Below are positions 10,259 through 23,700 of a stretch of DNA of 64,000 nucleotides, piece by piece. The DNA lies in contig CM119267.1 in the NCBI GenBank assembly GCA_051294375.1, positions 25,621,293 to 25,685,292 of the forward strand, read 5' to 3'. The notes under the pieces were generated by a model. The model did no database searches. It was not told where the DNA came from and saw only the letters and a list, made by a program, of their open reading frames with translations. Origin of the DNA: Paraspadella gotoi (Eukaryota > Animalia > Chaetognatha). The position numbers were made by a program, and so were the translations under genes. Position 1 is the first letter of the stretch, and each line of letters begins with the position of its first letter.

Positions 10259-13200
10259 ATGCTTTTCTCCAAAAGCGTTCATCCGATTACTTTCCGTGAA
10301 TTCATGTTGGAGGTAGTTTACGCTCCAACTTTTGATCTTATTTCACCTCGTTTGTTTGTGAGTAGTAGTTTTTTCTTCTTTTTAGTCGGATCTGCTTTCA
10401 GCAGATTCCGACTCTATAATTCAGTTTATAATTCACTTTGTCGGCCCGTCATTCCCACCCCAAAATATTGTCGGTAAATCATTATCATATCAGAACCTCG
10501 AATTATGATAAATTATGCAAAAAAAATGTCCGTCTGTCCGTCTGTCCGTCCCCCCTTAGCAAAAAACTCCAATTACTCGTGATTGGATGGATGGATTGGT
10601 ATGAAATTTTGTGTGTGGGTAGGAAACTGTGTGATTAAGATGGATATAAAGTTTCGATGTAATCGTGCGAGTTGAAATTGGTTTAAATGGAAAAAACAAA
10701 AAAATATATTTCACTATTTGAACGCCAATTGCTCATGAGTGGAGAGGGCAATTGACTTGAAATTTTGTATGATGGTAGGAAAGTGTGTGATTGAGCTGGA
10801 TATAAAGTTTCGATGGAATCGTGCGAGTGGCAATGAGTTAAAATGGAAAAAATAAAAGTCATATTTACTTGAAGCATTTTTACTTAAATTTACTCAAATC
10901 AATACATTTCTGTCAATTGTGTTCAAAATTTTAAAAAATGAAGGCTTGACTATGCAGTTTTCACTTAAAAAACCAGTTCATTTGATTGCTTTATCAATCA
11001 TTAAAGATTGCAAGAATTTAAACTTTTTTTTTATTGTGTAGAGAAGACAAAAGGCTATCCGAAACCGTACTGATATGTATGATTTCTTATATTTTACAAA
11101 AGATCTAGCAGGCTTTTTGGGAAAATGGAAAAAACGGCCTGACCAGTCAATTTAAATACCATTTTTTGGCATGATAAAATGGAAATTTCGATCGCGCTCT
11201 ACCTCCGTTGGCTTCCCAAGACGACAAGCTTTCAGAATCTGCCCATATTGATATAATTTTTTTGGGCCGTGACTATGCAGTTTTGAATAAAAGTGAAATA
11301 TAAAGGAATCTTGATCGGAGCTTCGATTCGAACGATGCGCATCTCTATTATTAGGACTAAGCTCTGACGAAAAAAGTCAGAGGTTTTTTAAATATATTCT
11401 TTGACTGGCCAATGAAGAATGATGGCAATATTGCTATTTTTAAGTTACAAAAAAATCCGACCATAAATATAGAAAATATTAACAAAATTCTTTGGAAAAT
11501 CCACCCCTTCTTTGGAAGATTTTTGCCATAGAAGATTTTTCCCGAATCTGACTCCCGGTTGAAAACTCTTAGAATTCCGATCGTTAGCTCCTCTTTTACT
11601 TTTACTTTAAATAAAAATTTCACCAAAATGGACTAATTCACTTTAACATGATCGTATCATATTAAAATAACTAAATAAAATGTAAAGAAAAATTTTGAGA
11701 GCCCTTCAGACATATTGCTATCGGATTCCTGAATTCGAAGTTTATTGTAAAATGACAACATACCTTAAATGCGTTGACATTGTATTGAAGTTGAGAAATC
11801 CCTTTATTTTATATATAAAAATTGCGTCAAAAATATTTTCCCGAGCGGACCAGTCCATTTGAATCGAATGGTTCGATGTCAAAATGATGGTTATTTGTCA
11901 AGAGAAAAAAAATGCGAGCCCTTGAGATGTAACAGGATCGGAATCCACTGTTTTTACATCTATTTTTTACCTGAATTTTTCCCAGGGGCGTTGACATTAT
12001 TTGGTAGTCAGATTTTAACGAAAATCTCCATTGAAAAAGTCTTCCTCGATTTCTAAGAACGACGTAGACTCCTACTATTATAATGTTAACATACCCTAGC
12101 CCCGTTTACAATTTTTGAAAAGCAAAATTTCCTGTTCATTTCTATAGTAAAAACAATGTTTAAAAATTCTCCGGAGATGACTAGTGCATTTCCCCTGGCT
12201 TGTTTGATATTAAATCCTTTATCAAATGCCATAAGACGAATTTGGCTAGCTCTTAAGATATAATGCTATCGGAATCGTGTGTTTTTACAACTGTTTTTTA
12301 CCCGAATTTCTGGCAATCTCGTTTGCAATTTGGGTAGTCAGATTTTAACGGAAATCTCTATTAGAAAACTGTTCAATTTTTTTTTAAGCGAGATTCTCGT
12401 CTACTTCTATATTACCACTTAATTATCATAGGAAGATCCGACATTGTTTGCTCAAACTTGTTAATTTTGTGATTAGAATAAATAACTTAATATGGTGGAC
12501 TAAAAAATCCACCATCGTTCATCAGCGGCCATTGGTGTGCAGGAGGCAAGTCATTCGCCTCCCAAAAGTCCAGGGTTCTAGCCCGGTGGTCGCCTAGCAG
12601 TTAAGAGGGACGGGGCGCTTAACCCGCCTGTAACACCGTGTTACAGCCTGATCTGAAGCTCAGGGACTGCATATATTGAACGGTTCTGTCGCTCATTCAC
12701 AACAATTATTACTGTCTCTTCATTAATAAATTTAGTGATACTGAAAAGTCTCTTGTTTTTCTCAGACGAAACGCCGTTTTTCGACCGAAGATTATACAGG
12801 TTTTCGTATTCCCATCGTCACTGGTCAAACCAAAAAAGATCTAAAACGGATTTTAAGAGACAAAGAGACAAAGGATTATTTCGCATTTTTGTCCAAGTCG
12901 CTTAATCTGCCTGGACAACGTAAGAGAAAATAATTGCTATTATTATTTCAAATCTACATAATATTATTTTTTGGAATTTCCAAGAATTGGCGATGGTTTT
13001 GTGCCAACAACATCCCCCGATTTTGACCTTGATCAAAGACCGAGCCAATTTTGAAGTAAAGGTGCGAGAAATAAAAAAAGGGTCTCCCATAAGAAACGGT
13101 CTCACTTTACTTTATACCTTTACAGATTTCCCACCTAATGGAATTAGGCATTACCAAAGATCGTTTGATCGAGGCGCCGTCCATCCTCTCCGTAGATGAG

Positions 13201-16200
13201 GCGTCTGTGAGAAAATGTCTTCGTCTCCTGACTCGCGAGGCGCCGTCAGAGTTGGAGATGGTCGGCGCGCATCCGCGATTTCTAATCCCGTCAACGAATG
13301 AGGCGTCGCGTCTCGCCGACTTTCGTCTCTTCGCCGAAACCGTCTTCCCGTACGCGACCAACGCCGAGTTTATGTCTGAGACGTTGAAGACGTCGAAGAA
13401 GACTATCTATCAGTTGGCGGAGAAGAGCTTTGCCATCCTCGAGCGGGGGTTCCGCTACGGAGCCGCCATCGAGGCACACAAGGCGCAGGGACTGAGCCCC
13501 GCCGTCATTATCAAACACTGGTCAACTTACAGCTCAATGCGATCAACCGTCTTGAACGAACGGCTCGAGTTGCTCTCGCGTCTGCAGCCTCACGTGGCAG
13601 AGGACGTCATGGATTCCGGACAAGTCTTCGCCTCGTCACATCAATTCTCTATTTATTACGTAGGGAAAATCTAATGGGTTGTGTAAATTCTTCATTTTTT
13701 ATCGTCGCAATCGCTTTTGGGCATAAGTGGCGTAGGCGTCGTCGTCGTCGGCGTTCCAAATTATAGATCGCCTTTTTGATGATTAAATTTGGGTGTATGA
13801 AGCTGAAAATTTATATACAGCTTCTCATTATCGCTGTCATTAAAATTGGGTCAGGACAGTTTTGTTTACTTTTTATCAAAACAAACAAATATCCTTTATT
13901 TTTATGTCTCCTTCTCTCTCTCTTTTTTCTTTTAATTATATGTAGCTATCTCTCTCTCTTTTCCCTAGTGCTACAGCTCGCTTTTTCTTTATTCGAAAAA
14001 GTTGAGGGAGTGGATATCTCTCAAACTAGGAGTTGATATCAGCTCAGCTTTGAGTAATAGATGCAGGAACCTTAGGTTTATTGCCCGTTTGAAAGATTTT
14101 TAAAAATTCAAAAAAATTGCGCTCAGCACCCCAAAATTTTTTTTTACAATATTTGCTTTAACGCGGTTATTAATGAAGCTTGTCCTATCATTTTTTGCTC
14201 ATAAATACTCCGAGACGAGGCCTATATAATGATGTCATAAAATTTTTGAATTAATTTTATTTTTTTTGTTTTAAAAATTAAATCACTCAAAAAATAATTC
14301 AAGAGTATTCTTAAAAGGTGCAAGGTAATTAATTCCATTTTTATATAAAATGATACTTTAAAGAAGACCAGTTTTAATGAAAAACAAATTAAATTTTAAA
14401 AAATTATTTTAAATACCAAAAATATTTTTTGAAAATTATAAAAATATATCATGGTCTTAAAACTAATTAAAATATTTTAAAAAATTAATGGGTTTGAAAG
14501 AGGACATTATGCTGATTCCAAATCTGTTTTTGTTTTTTAAATTTGATTATTCGAATATTCGTTCCTGTTTTACAGGCTCATACATTTGCAAAAATTAAGA
14601 AAATCACCCCTTTTTCAAACCCTAAACTGAACGGGTCCATGTATTTGAAAAAAAAAAGAAATTAACTTTAAAAAAGTAATATCTTCTTGCTATTAAAATT
14701 TTAAATGAGAAGAAAAGATTAGCAAAGATATCAAAGGAAGAAATGGTATTATTTAATTTTTAATGAAAAAAAGAATAAGATTTATCTTACCATGAAGGAA
14801 AAAAAAGTGTCGCGGTTACTTTCCAGTTATTTTTCGGCATTTTAATGTAAGAATAAAAATAAATTTACAAGAAAAATTAAAAATTTTAAATTCAAGAAAC
14901 TTTGGCTTTTTGTGATTCATATAAGCTGTGTCTCATTTAGGTATGACAAAATTCCATGTAAAAGAAAATGCGTAGTCCAAAAAAATGCTTCCTTCATTTT
15001 TATCTTTTTTATATCTGTACTTTTTATTTATACTCATTTCCGGTTCTTTTTTATTACTTTTTGGGTTTAACCAATACTATTAAAAATCCCTGCCATTATC
15101 TCCATTAGGATAGATTCAGGGATGAATCTTAATTCCATCAACGGAATGGACCTATAAACGGACTTGGTTGGCCTAGTGATGTGATTGCTCGTCTCCTTCA
15201 CGAATCATCAGAATGCCGACCAATCACAGACCTTACTTCAACCTTAGAATGACCAATGACCGACAGAGGAACCGACGGAGGGATTGATGGTCATTCAATC
15301 AATCCCTCCGTTGGTTCCTCTGTCGGTCATTGGTCATTCTAAGGTTGAAGTAAGGTCTGTGATTGGTCAGCATTCTGATGATTCGTGAAGGAGACGAGCA
15401 ATCACATCACTAGGCCAACCAAGTTCGTTTATAGGTCCATTCCGTTGATGATTCATATGTCAAAAAAAAGCAATATTAAAAATACATTGATGCTGTAAAT
15501 GTTATAGAATATTATTTTTAAATTGTAAAGTATCAATAAAAGTTATAAGGTTCCGGGTAACCTTTCTGTAAGCAAAGTTATAATTTTTATTTACCTTTGG
15601 ATGTATTATCAGAATCAAGTATCAAACAAGTCCAAAAATAAAAAATAAAGATTTTGTTGAAGTGAAAGACAATGAATTATCACATTATGCAGCAACAACT
15701 CAAGCCTGGTTTACTTTATAGAGGATCAATCTTTTTCACTGTTTGCTAAGGATCATTTTTTGTCACAAATCTGATTAAAAATATTATGTCAGAGATATAA
15801 TTTCAACAATAATATGAGTAGTTCTTTTAATCAAAAAGAAGTGAAAACAGTTAGAGACAACCTCTTTTGGAAGTATTTGAATACATTGAAAAATTTAATG
15901 CTGTTGAGAAATAATCATTTTATTCAGTCTTAGGGAGGTCATATTACCTATTAAAACTTATTTGTTAGCCAAAAATTATATTTGACAATAAAATTAACTG
16001 GCTTTTCCAAACAGCGGAACTTTTTTTTCCATCATGGTAATAAGCAATTGTAGCGTTCTACCGCCGCCTGCACATTGAAGCCATGGNNNNNNNNNNGTTT
16101 AATTGATTTATTGATTGATTGATAGAGTAGTTAATTAAACGATTAATTTTTTTGCTTGCCTTCATTTTCAAATTTGAATAAATTTCAAATTCTAATTTTC

Positions 16201-19200
16201 ATTTTCGGTGGCTCATTATTTTTTCTCTGTCCTTAAAAAATCTTTGTTGGTCTCCTCCAAAAATCTAGATAGAGTAGGTTGCGCTCATTCTTTCATGGGT
16301 TCCAATGTCTTCATAATCATATTGTTGAGGTATAGTCAAATATCGAGGGTAAATAATAAGTGGCCAAGTATTTGGTTGACAAGTTTTATTAACGACGGAC
16401 AATGATTAAGGTGATGACAACGGTTACAACAAAGGTGATGATAATATAAATAATTTAATGATTATTTGAAGAAGAGTTGAGTTGAGTTTGGATGTTGGGG
16501 AGAATGGCGAGAGTTCTCTAACCAATTTTGACCGTCGATCCCTCCGTCGGTTCCTCTGTTCTTGATTGGTCAATCTAAGGTTTCAGAATCATTAAAATGA
16601 ATTTAATTTTTATTTATTCTTATGGGGTGTCATTAGTTTTAAAATTAATTATAATTTTGACTTAGTTTGAAACTCACCCTGTAAAGAGATTTCAGTAAAA
16701 ATAATTCTAAAATTTTATCTTGTATGTGCCCTATGATTATGGCTTCATTTTGGTACTATTGCCATCCCTTTATCTTTGTTCCTTCAAAAGATATTAGGAA
16801 AAATAAGTTTTTTCTCTCAACCTTACTTTTAATTTCTTTTTAAATAAAAATTTCGCGATGAAAACTGGACCAATTCACTTTACCATGTTGGTTTAATATG
16901 AAAAAATTGGTCAATAATAAAAAGAAAAATAGAACGAGCTCTAGGGACACAAGGCTTTTGGAATCTCATAATTCGAAGTACCATTTATAATGCTAACATG
17001 CCCTAATCCCGTTTGTAATTTTAAAAAAGTGAAATTTCCCTTTCATTTCTATAGTAAAAATGAGGTATGAAAATCCTCCGGAGACGAGTAGTCCATTTCC
17101 CCTGGCTTGTTTGATAGTAAAATCTTTATCAAATGCCACAAGAAGAAAGGAACGAGCTCTTGAGATGCAAAGCTGTCGGAATCGGGTGTTTTTACAACTG
17201 TTTTCTACCGGAATTTCTTGCAGGCTCGTTTGTAAAGTTGGGCAGTCAGATTCGAACGGAAATCTCTATTATAAAAAATTAAAAATGTTGAATTTTTTTT
17301 AAGCAAAATTTTCGCCTATCCTATTGCTTTTAAGATTTTTTAGGACAAGCGATGGTGTTCAAATTTCTACATTAGATGTTTAAGCAAAAGTTTGAAATTA
17401 GTTTCGACAACTATTTGTTTTTAGTCGGGTCTGCTTTCAGAAGATCCCAACTCTATTTTTCACTATTTGAACACCAATTACTCATGAGTGGATGGGGCGA
17501 TTGACTTGAAATTTTGTATTTGGGTAGAAAAGTGTGATTAAACTGGAAATCAAGTTTCGATGGAATCGTTTGAGTGGAAATGAGTTTAAATGGAAAAAAC
17601 AAAGAACCTATTTCACTAATTGATTATGCTTCTTTTTATTTTAAATGTAAATGCAAGATGTATTAATTAATCAAATAATTAATCAGTTAATTAATCAATT
17701 AGTCAATTAATCAATATAATTAATCAGTCAATTAATCAATCAAAACACACATTTCTGATCAAATTATTTAATTGCCTAATTAATTAAATAATTAACTTGA
17801 CATAATTATTAAATTGAATTAATTATTAATTACCGATAATGATCGTGGGCAGATCCGACATTGTTTGCTCAAACTTGTTATTAGAAAACGTAGATGTTTC
17901 GGTTTTAACTGCAAGCTTTCATCAGCGTCAATTAGTTTCAAACTTCTGCTTAATTAAACACACAACGAAAAGAAAGAATTATATATAATTATATATATAC
18001 ATTAGATGTTAAATGATAGAAATTTGAAGAACATATTTGATTTGATTTAATTGCTCACCATTTCTTTGCTCTTTGGATCCAGACGAAGGCTCTGAGGAAA
18101 ATCCTCGTCCAAGATTTTCCTCCATCGATCCATCAAAAGGTCGCCTTCGTCGCCGAGCAACTCGAGGTCCCTCAAGACCTCGTGCTGGACTTTGTCGAGG
18201 TCTACGACTCAGCGGCGAAGTTGCTCTGCATCTCGGAGAAGAAGATCCAAGAGGTCATTCGCTTCCTTAAGGACTCAGGCTTCAGGTGGGATGGGGCGGG
18301 GTAGTAAATTTGCTTATAAATTTATAAGAATAATGATCGATTGAATCAATGATCATTGCTGAAGAGAAAACGTCTATTATGTTGTTTGAATTATTGATGT
18401 GAAATAAATATTTTGGGCTTTTTATTGTCGAAATAACTTGCGCTTGCGCTTGCTGACGATTATGGGACGATGGTCTCCATAAATGGCATCTGTAATATGC
18501 AAATTAGTTTATACCATCTAGGAAAAAAGTATATCACATTTTTAGTAGAGGATATCTACTCGAAAACTTATTTGATTTAAAAAAAAATAAGTTTCCGAAT
18601 CTACATTAAATTTTTTTTCAGTAGCTTCCTTCCATTTTTCGTAGGTCAAATCGTTAAGAAGTTACAAGCAAAAAAAGATTGTTACTTCAAATGGAAAATA
18701 TAAAAAAAATATATTTAATTTTTTATTATTTTTGGTATTTCGTTATTTGTCTTGTTTTTTTTTTTAATAGTTATTTTTAATATGATGGCCATGATAAAGG
18801 CATTGTACCTTTTTTTTTTTTGGTCAAAAAAGTGTTATTATAGCTCGCAGAAAAGATTATAACATCAACATTGTGGCTGAAAAGAATTAAAAGTGTGGAA
18901 AAACATTTCACCGTCATACCTCAATTCGCTCTACGAGAGCATGCCCAGACGAATGCAGGCAGAGGAAGGGTACACTTAATATAATAATGTTTTCCCCATA
19001 TTTTGTATATTTTATATTGAATAAATAAACTACACGGATTTCAAATAGGAATAAAATAAAATGATCAAATACTGTGGCTAAATTATTTGTTAATGCAATT
19101 TCAGATTTTGCACCCTGGTAAAAAACATCGCTGACGTTTTTTATTTTCCAACTCCTAGTAGTCCAGCTTGCTTACTTTCTTAGTTATGTGCTCATCAATG

Positions 19201-20757
19201 TCATGGTCGCATTTTAAAAAAGCCAATTTTATTGCATTTGAGTAGGACCTTACTGTTATAAAATATATTTTTATGAACAAAAATGAAAATTTTGAAAATT
19301 TTAGTTCATTTTACAGATAGACATTAGAGTATGTGTCTGAGCAATCTGAATGTCAAAATCTTATTTACAACCACAATGATAGCCATTTTCATTTTGTAGT
19401 TTTTTAGTCGACTCTATATTATAGACTATAATTCACTTTGTCGGTCCGTCGGTCCGCCCCCTCACTCTTGTGGGGCATTCACATATATCATGTCAGAATA
19501 TCAAATTATGATAAATTATGCAAAAAAAAACGATGTCCGTTCGTCCGTCACACCTTAGAAAAAAAATCCAATTACTCGTGATTCAGGGTTGGCATTAAAA
19601 AACCTACCCAAAAAAACCCAGCTATCGTTTTTACAAAGCTTAATATATAATTTAATTATAAAAAATAACCCTAAACCTATGTTTTACATGTTTACTATCA
19701 GTAGCACTTTCGTTGCTGGCTTCTGTACCATTTTCCTTATATTAAGTAATTCTAATTGTGAATCGCAAATTATGTTAAGAGCAACACATTAAAAATGATT
19801 GCTATTCTTTCGAATGCAGGAAAATAATATATTGACGTCAGGAAAAAATCTTAGCTTAAACACCTTAATATTTTATTGAATTAACTCAAATATTGCATCC
19901 GAACATCAAAATTTATTTTTAGCCCAAAAGACTAGTTAGTTCGGCAAAAACATGTACTAAAATGTACTTCAATTTTTAATGTATTAGTAATTTATATAAA
20001 TGTTTATGATGTATATTTATATCAAATTATTTTGAGTATTTAATTAATATTTTCTAATAAAACAGGTTTTATTCAGAAAATATAATATTCATATTTATTA
20101 CATTTCTGTATAGCATAAAAAAATTAATTAATACTATTATTAAATATTATCAGTATATTTTTATATATTTTTATCAGTAATCACTTAAGAAGTATAAATA
20201 TTTTAAATTTGTATATTAAAAAGAATTAATATGACAGTCTGCAATCTATAATTTAAAAAGACCCTAAAAACCCAATAAAACTAAAAAAAACCCAGTGGGC
20301 TGGGTTCTTTTAAAAAAAACCCAGTCGTGATTGGATGGATGGATTGGAATGAAATTTTGTGTGTGGGTAGGGAAATGTGTGATTGAGTTGGATATAAAGT
20401 TTCGATGGAATCGTCTTAGTGGAAATGAGTTTAAATTGAAAAAATAAAAAAAACTGTTTCACTAATTGATTATGCTTTTTTTCTTTTTATATTAAATGTA
20501 AATGCAAGATAAGATGTATTAATTAATCAAATAACTAATCAGTTAATTAATCAATTAATAAATAATCGGTCAATTAATCAATCTATTAATTATTCAATCA
20601 ATCAATAAATTTATTTAGTTATCTATTATTAGGAGAAAAACAGTTTTGGTTTGACAACGATTTTTTGACATAATTAGCCAGACATGTTTCGGCTCAGTCA
20701 GTTAGAGCCTTCATCAGTGCTTTGACAATCAATATTGAAGTCTCTGTTTAAGTAAGT

Positions 20758-20794
<37 letters not shown>

Positions 20795-23700
20795 TTGAGG
20801 GAGAGTTTCCAACAAAGAATAAGGTAAGGGACAGTGGTCAGATGTGAGGACAGCTGAAGGTGAGGAGAGGGAAGAAGTAAGTCTTTGAAAAATGAAAAGA
20901 GAGTGGGAGAGAGAGAGAGAGCAAAGCAAAAATAAAACAATACATTTAGCAATGTTCAACAGAGATAAAGTGCAAAAATAAACCTAAAGATAAACTGAAA
21001 TTAAATGTGAACAATAAAAAATGAATTAGTAATAAAGTGAAATTTTAAATAGAAAAGTAAGTGGTGAGGGATAGATAAGTGAAGAAAAGTGAAAGTAAGT
21101 AAAAGAAAGAGCTCAAAAATGAGCTGGCCCCCCCCCGGCCGGGCAAATGGAGGACGTTGACGATAAGGTCGGGTCATTGGCCTGTCATAGGTTGCGAGGG
21201 TATACTTGTAGAGTTTGACATGCTGGGATCCGGAAGAGATCCACCTGGGAAAATGCCGAGTGCTACTCGTATATCCCTTTGGCCTGATAAGCCTGCCGAT
21301 AGCCCTCCTCTCACCTGACGGTGAGGCAGGCAGTTGCCTGTTCTGGCCTGTTTTGCTACAGGAGATACAGACTCCTCTCCCTCCTCCTGAAGCCGTCGTT
21401 TTGGGCGACGCTCGGCGCGAGGAGAGTCGCGCCAAGTTGCTACAGGCTCGGAAAGGTATCGGACATCCATTGCCTGCTGAGAGGCCTCCGCCTGACCCGT
21501 TGAGTAAGGACGGGGGAATCATTGTGCGGTTGGGGTGGCTCTGGGCGTTTCCTACCACCATTTGGATAAGCGAATCATAGCTTGGAGGGAGGTCTAATTG
21601 TCCTCCATCACGGTTCAGAGAGGGTTCGAGAGCTTTGATGTAGATTGCCTCTCTAATACCTCTGGAAAACCAGTTTTGGTCATGGGACAGCACGAGACAG
21701 TCAGTTTCTCTGAACAGATGGCCAGAATTTGCCGTGTGCTCGGCAATGGCCGATAAGTAATGACCACGTGGGTCCCAATATGGCTTTGAGTGCTGCTTGA
21801 ACCGATCTGTCAGAGACTTTCCTGTCTCGCCCACGTATGCTGCTGTGCAGGGTTGGTTGCCCTTCCCTGCACAGGCCGCCCAGTAGATGGCTCCTGATGT
21901 TTTCGGTCTGGGGATTTTGTCTTTCGGTTTCACCAGTTGCTCACGTAAGGAGCCGCGGGTCGTCACTGCACTGGAGATCCCCTGCTTTGCCAGCACCCGC
22001 ACCAGTGCTTCAGTGATCCCCTGGTGGTAGGGGAGGGAGACATGACCCACGTTCCTGAGACGCTTCTGCTTATCTCCCACTTGCGCTGTGGTGGGCGCGG
22101 TCGGTCCTTCAGCAGCAAGGTCTCGTTCGTCCTCCTGGGGGGCGGAGGTTGAACTTGCGTCAGCAGTTACTTGGGCAGCCCCTAGGTGGCCACTGCCCTC
22201 AGCCAGGTTCAGCAGGAACCTTACCTTCTCGTAAGCCCACAGAGGGTAACCATTGAGCGCCAAGGCTCTTTTGACATGCTCAAGCTCGGCGGCCTGGAGC
22301 TCGGGGGTCGACGGAATCAGCTGAGCTCTTCTGGTAAGGGATCTGACCGTGGCGAGCTTGTGCGACAAGGGAGCATGCGAATCAAAGGGAATGTATTGAT
22401 CAGTATGCGTTGGTTTGCGATAGACAGAACTCCAATGAGCCGCCCTCTTTGCGCTTTATAAGCACATCAAGCATTGGAATTTGACCATTCTCCTCCTTTT
22501 CGCAAGTCCACTTGATACTCGCTTCGATGCTGTTCAAATGGGTCAGAAGGGTATCAACCAGATCCCTTTTCACGGCCAGAATAGTATCGTCTGCTTTCCG
22601 ATACCAGAAGAGGACTGACTCTGCCCCATGCAGAGATCGAAAAGAAGCCAAAGCTTCCACCTCATAGTCCTCCATATAAAAATCTGCCAGAGGACTTGAA
22701 GCGGACTTGCCCATCCCTAAGCCACCAGGCTGGGCATAGTACCGTCCATCGAACCTGAAGTACGCCAGTTCCAGGTCGAGCCGCAGCAATGCCATGATAT
22801 CATCCAATTGCACTGGCGTACGCTCGTGCAACAACCGGTCTCCCTTCAGGCGGCGCTCTGCTGAGGCTAACGCCAGTCCCTGAGGGATATTAGTAAACAT
22901 GCTTGTTAAGACGCACGAGACCAAGAGATGAGTATCTGGCACTATGATATGCTGCAACTTTTCCGTCAGATCAAGAGAAGATCAACAATGAAAAGAGAGT
23001 ATATACATTATGTTATCTATTATTTAATTATTCAATCAATTTATTTATAAATTAATTATTTAATCAAGTCAATCATTATCGGCATTATTGTCGTCAACGC
23101 CATCATCGTCGTCTTTCCTTTTGTCATGGTCAGTGATGAAAAGACCTAAAAACAAACATTTCGGATCAAATTAATTAATTTTTTAAATTATTTTAGTTTA
23201 TATAGTTTGTATTAATTAATTACCGCTAATGATCGTGGGCAGATCCGACATTGTTTGCTCAAACTTGTTTAGTTAAAACTTATAGAAAATAAAAATTTTA
23301 GCTTTGAAAAAAAATTGTCTAATTAAACCTCGAAATATATTAATAAAAAATTTTTTGCATGCTCCTAAATTATTATACTAACTAATGAATATAAAAGAAA
23401 TTAAAATGTTCTTCTCAATTTTTTTTACAATAAATTTAAAATTGAATTATCAAGTAAGAGGGGAAAAATTTGGCAAAAAAAGCTGCTGAAAAGCAAGCGT
23501 ACCAGTTGTTATGATATAAAGTATTTTCAACTTGTAATATCAATATCAATCATATTGAGTTAGTTAAGAGTAATAACAAATCTTTTCATTTCACTCCGAT
23601 TTGAAATCTGTGTATTGAGCAATTAGAAAACAAGTTTGAGCAAACAATGTCGGATCTGCCCACGATCATTATCAGTAATTCATTAATTAATAATTGAATT

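Noticed and set aside
12738-12776. Hammerhead-like CTGAAAA-GTCT...AGAC-GAAAC
   Set aside because: Core is not CTGANGA, and the sequence is the polypyrimidine tract/acceptor and start of an mTERF exon.
13776-14036. Recurring MIKFGCMKLKIYIQLLI ORF (also 28471, 42699)
   Set aside because: Translation of the non-coding HINE-A repeat; frames diverge between copies.
18358-18378. CTGAAGAGAAAACGTC hammerhead-like core
   Set aside because: No stem II or convincing stem I.
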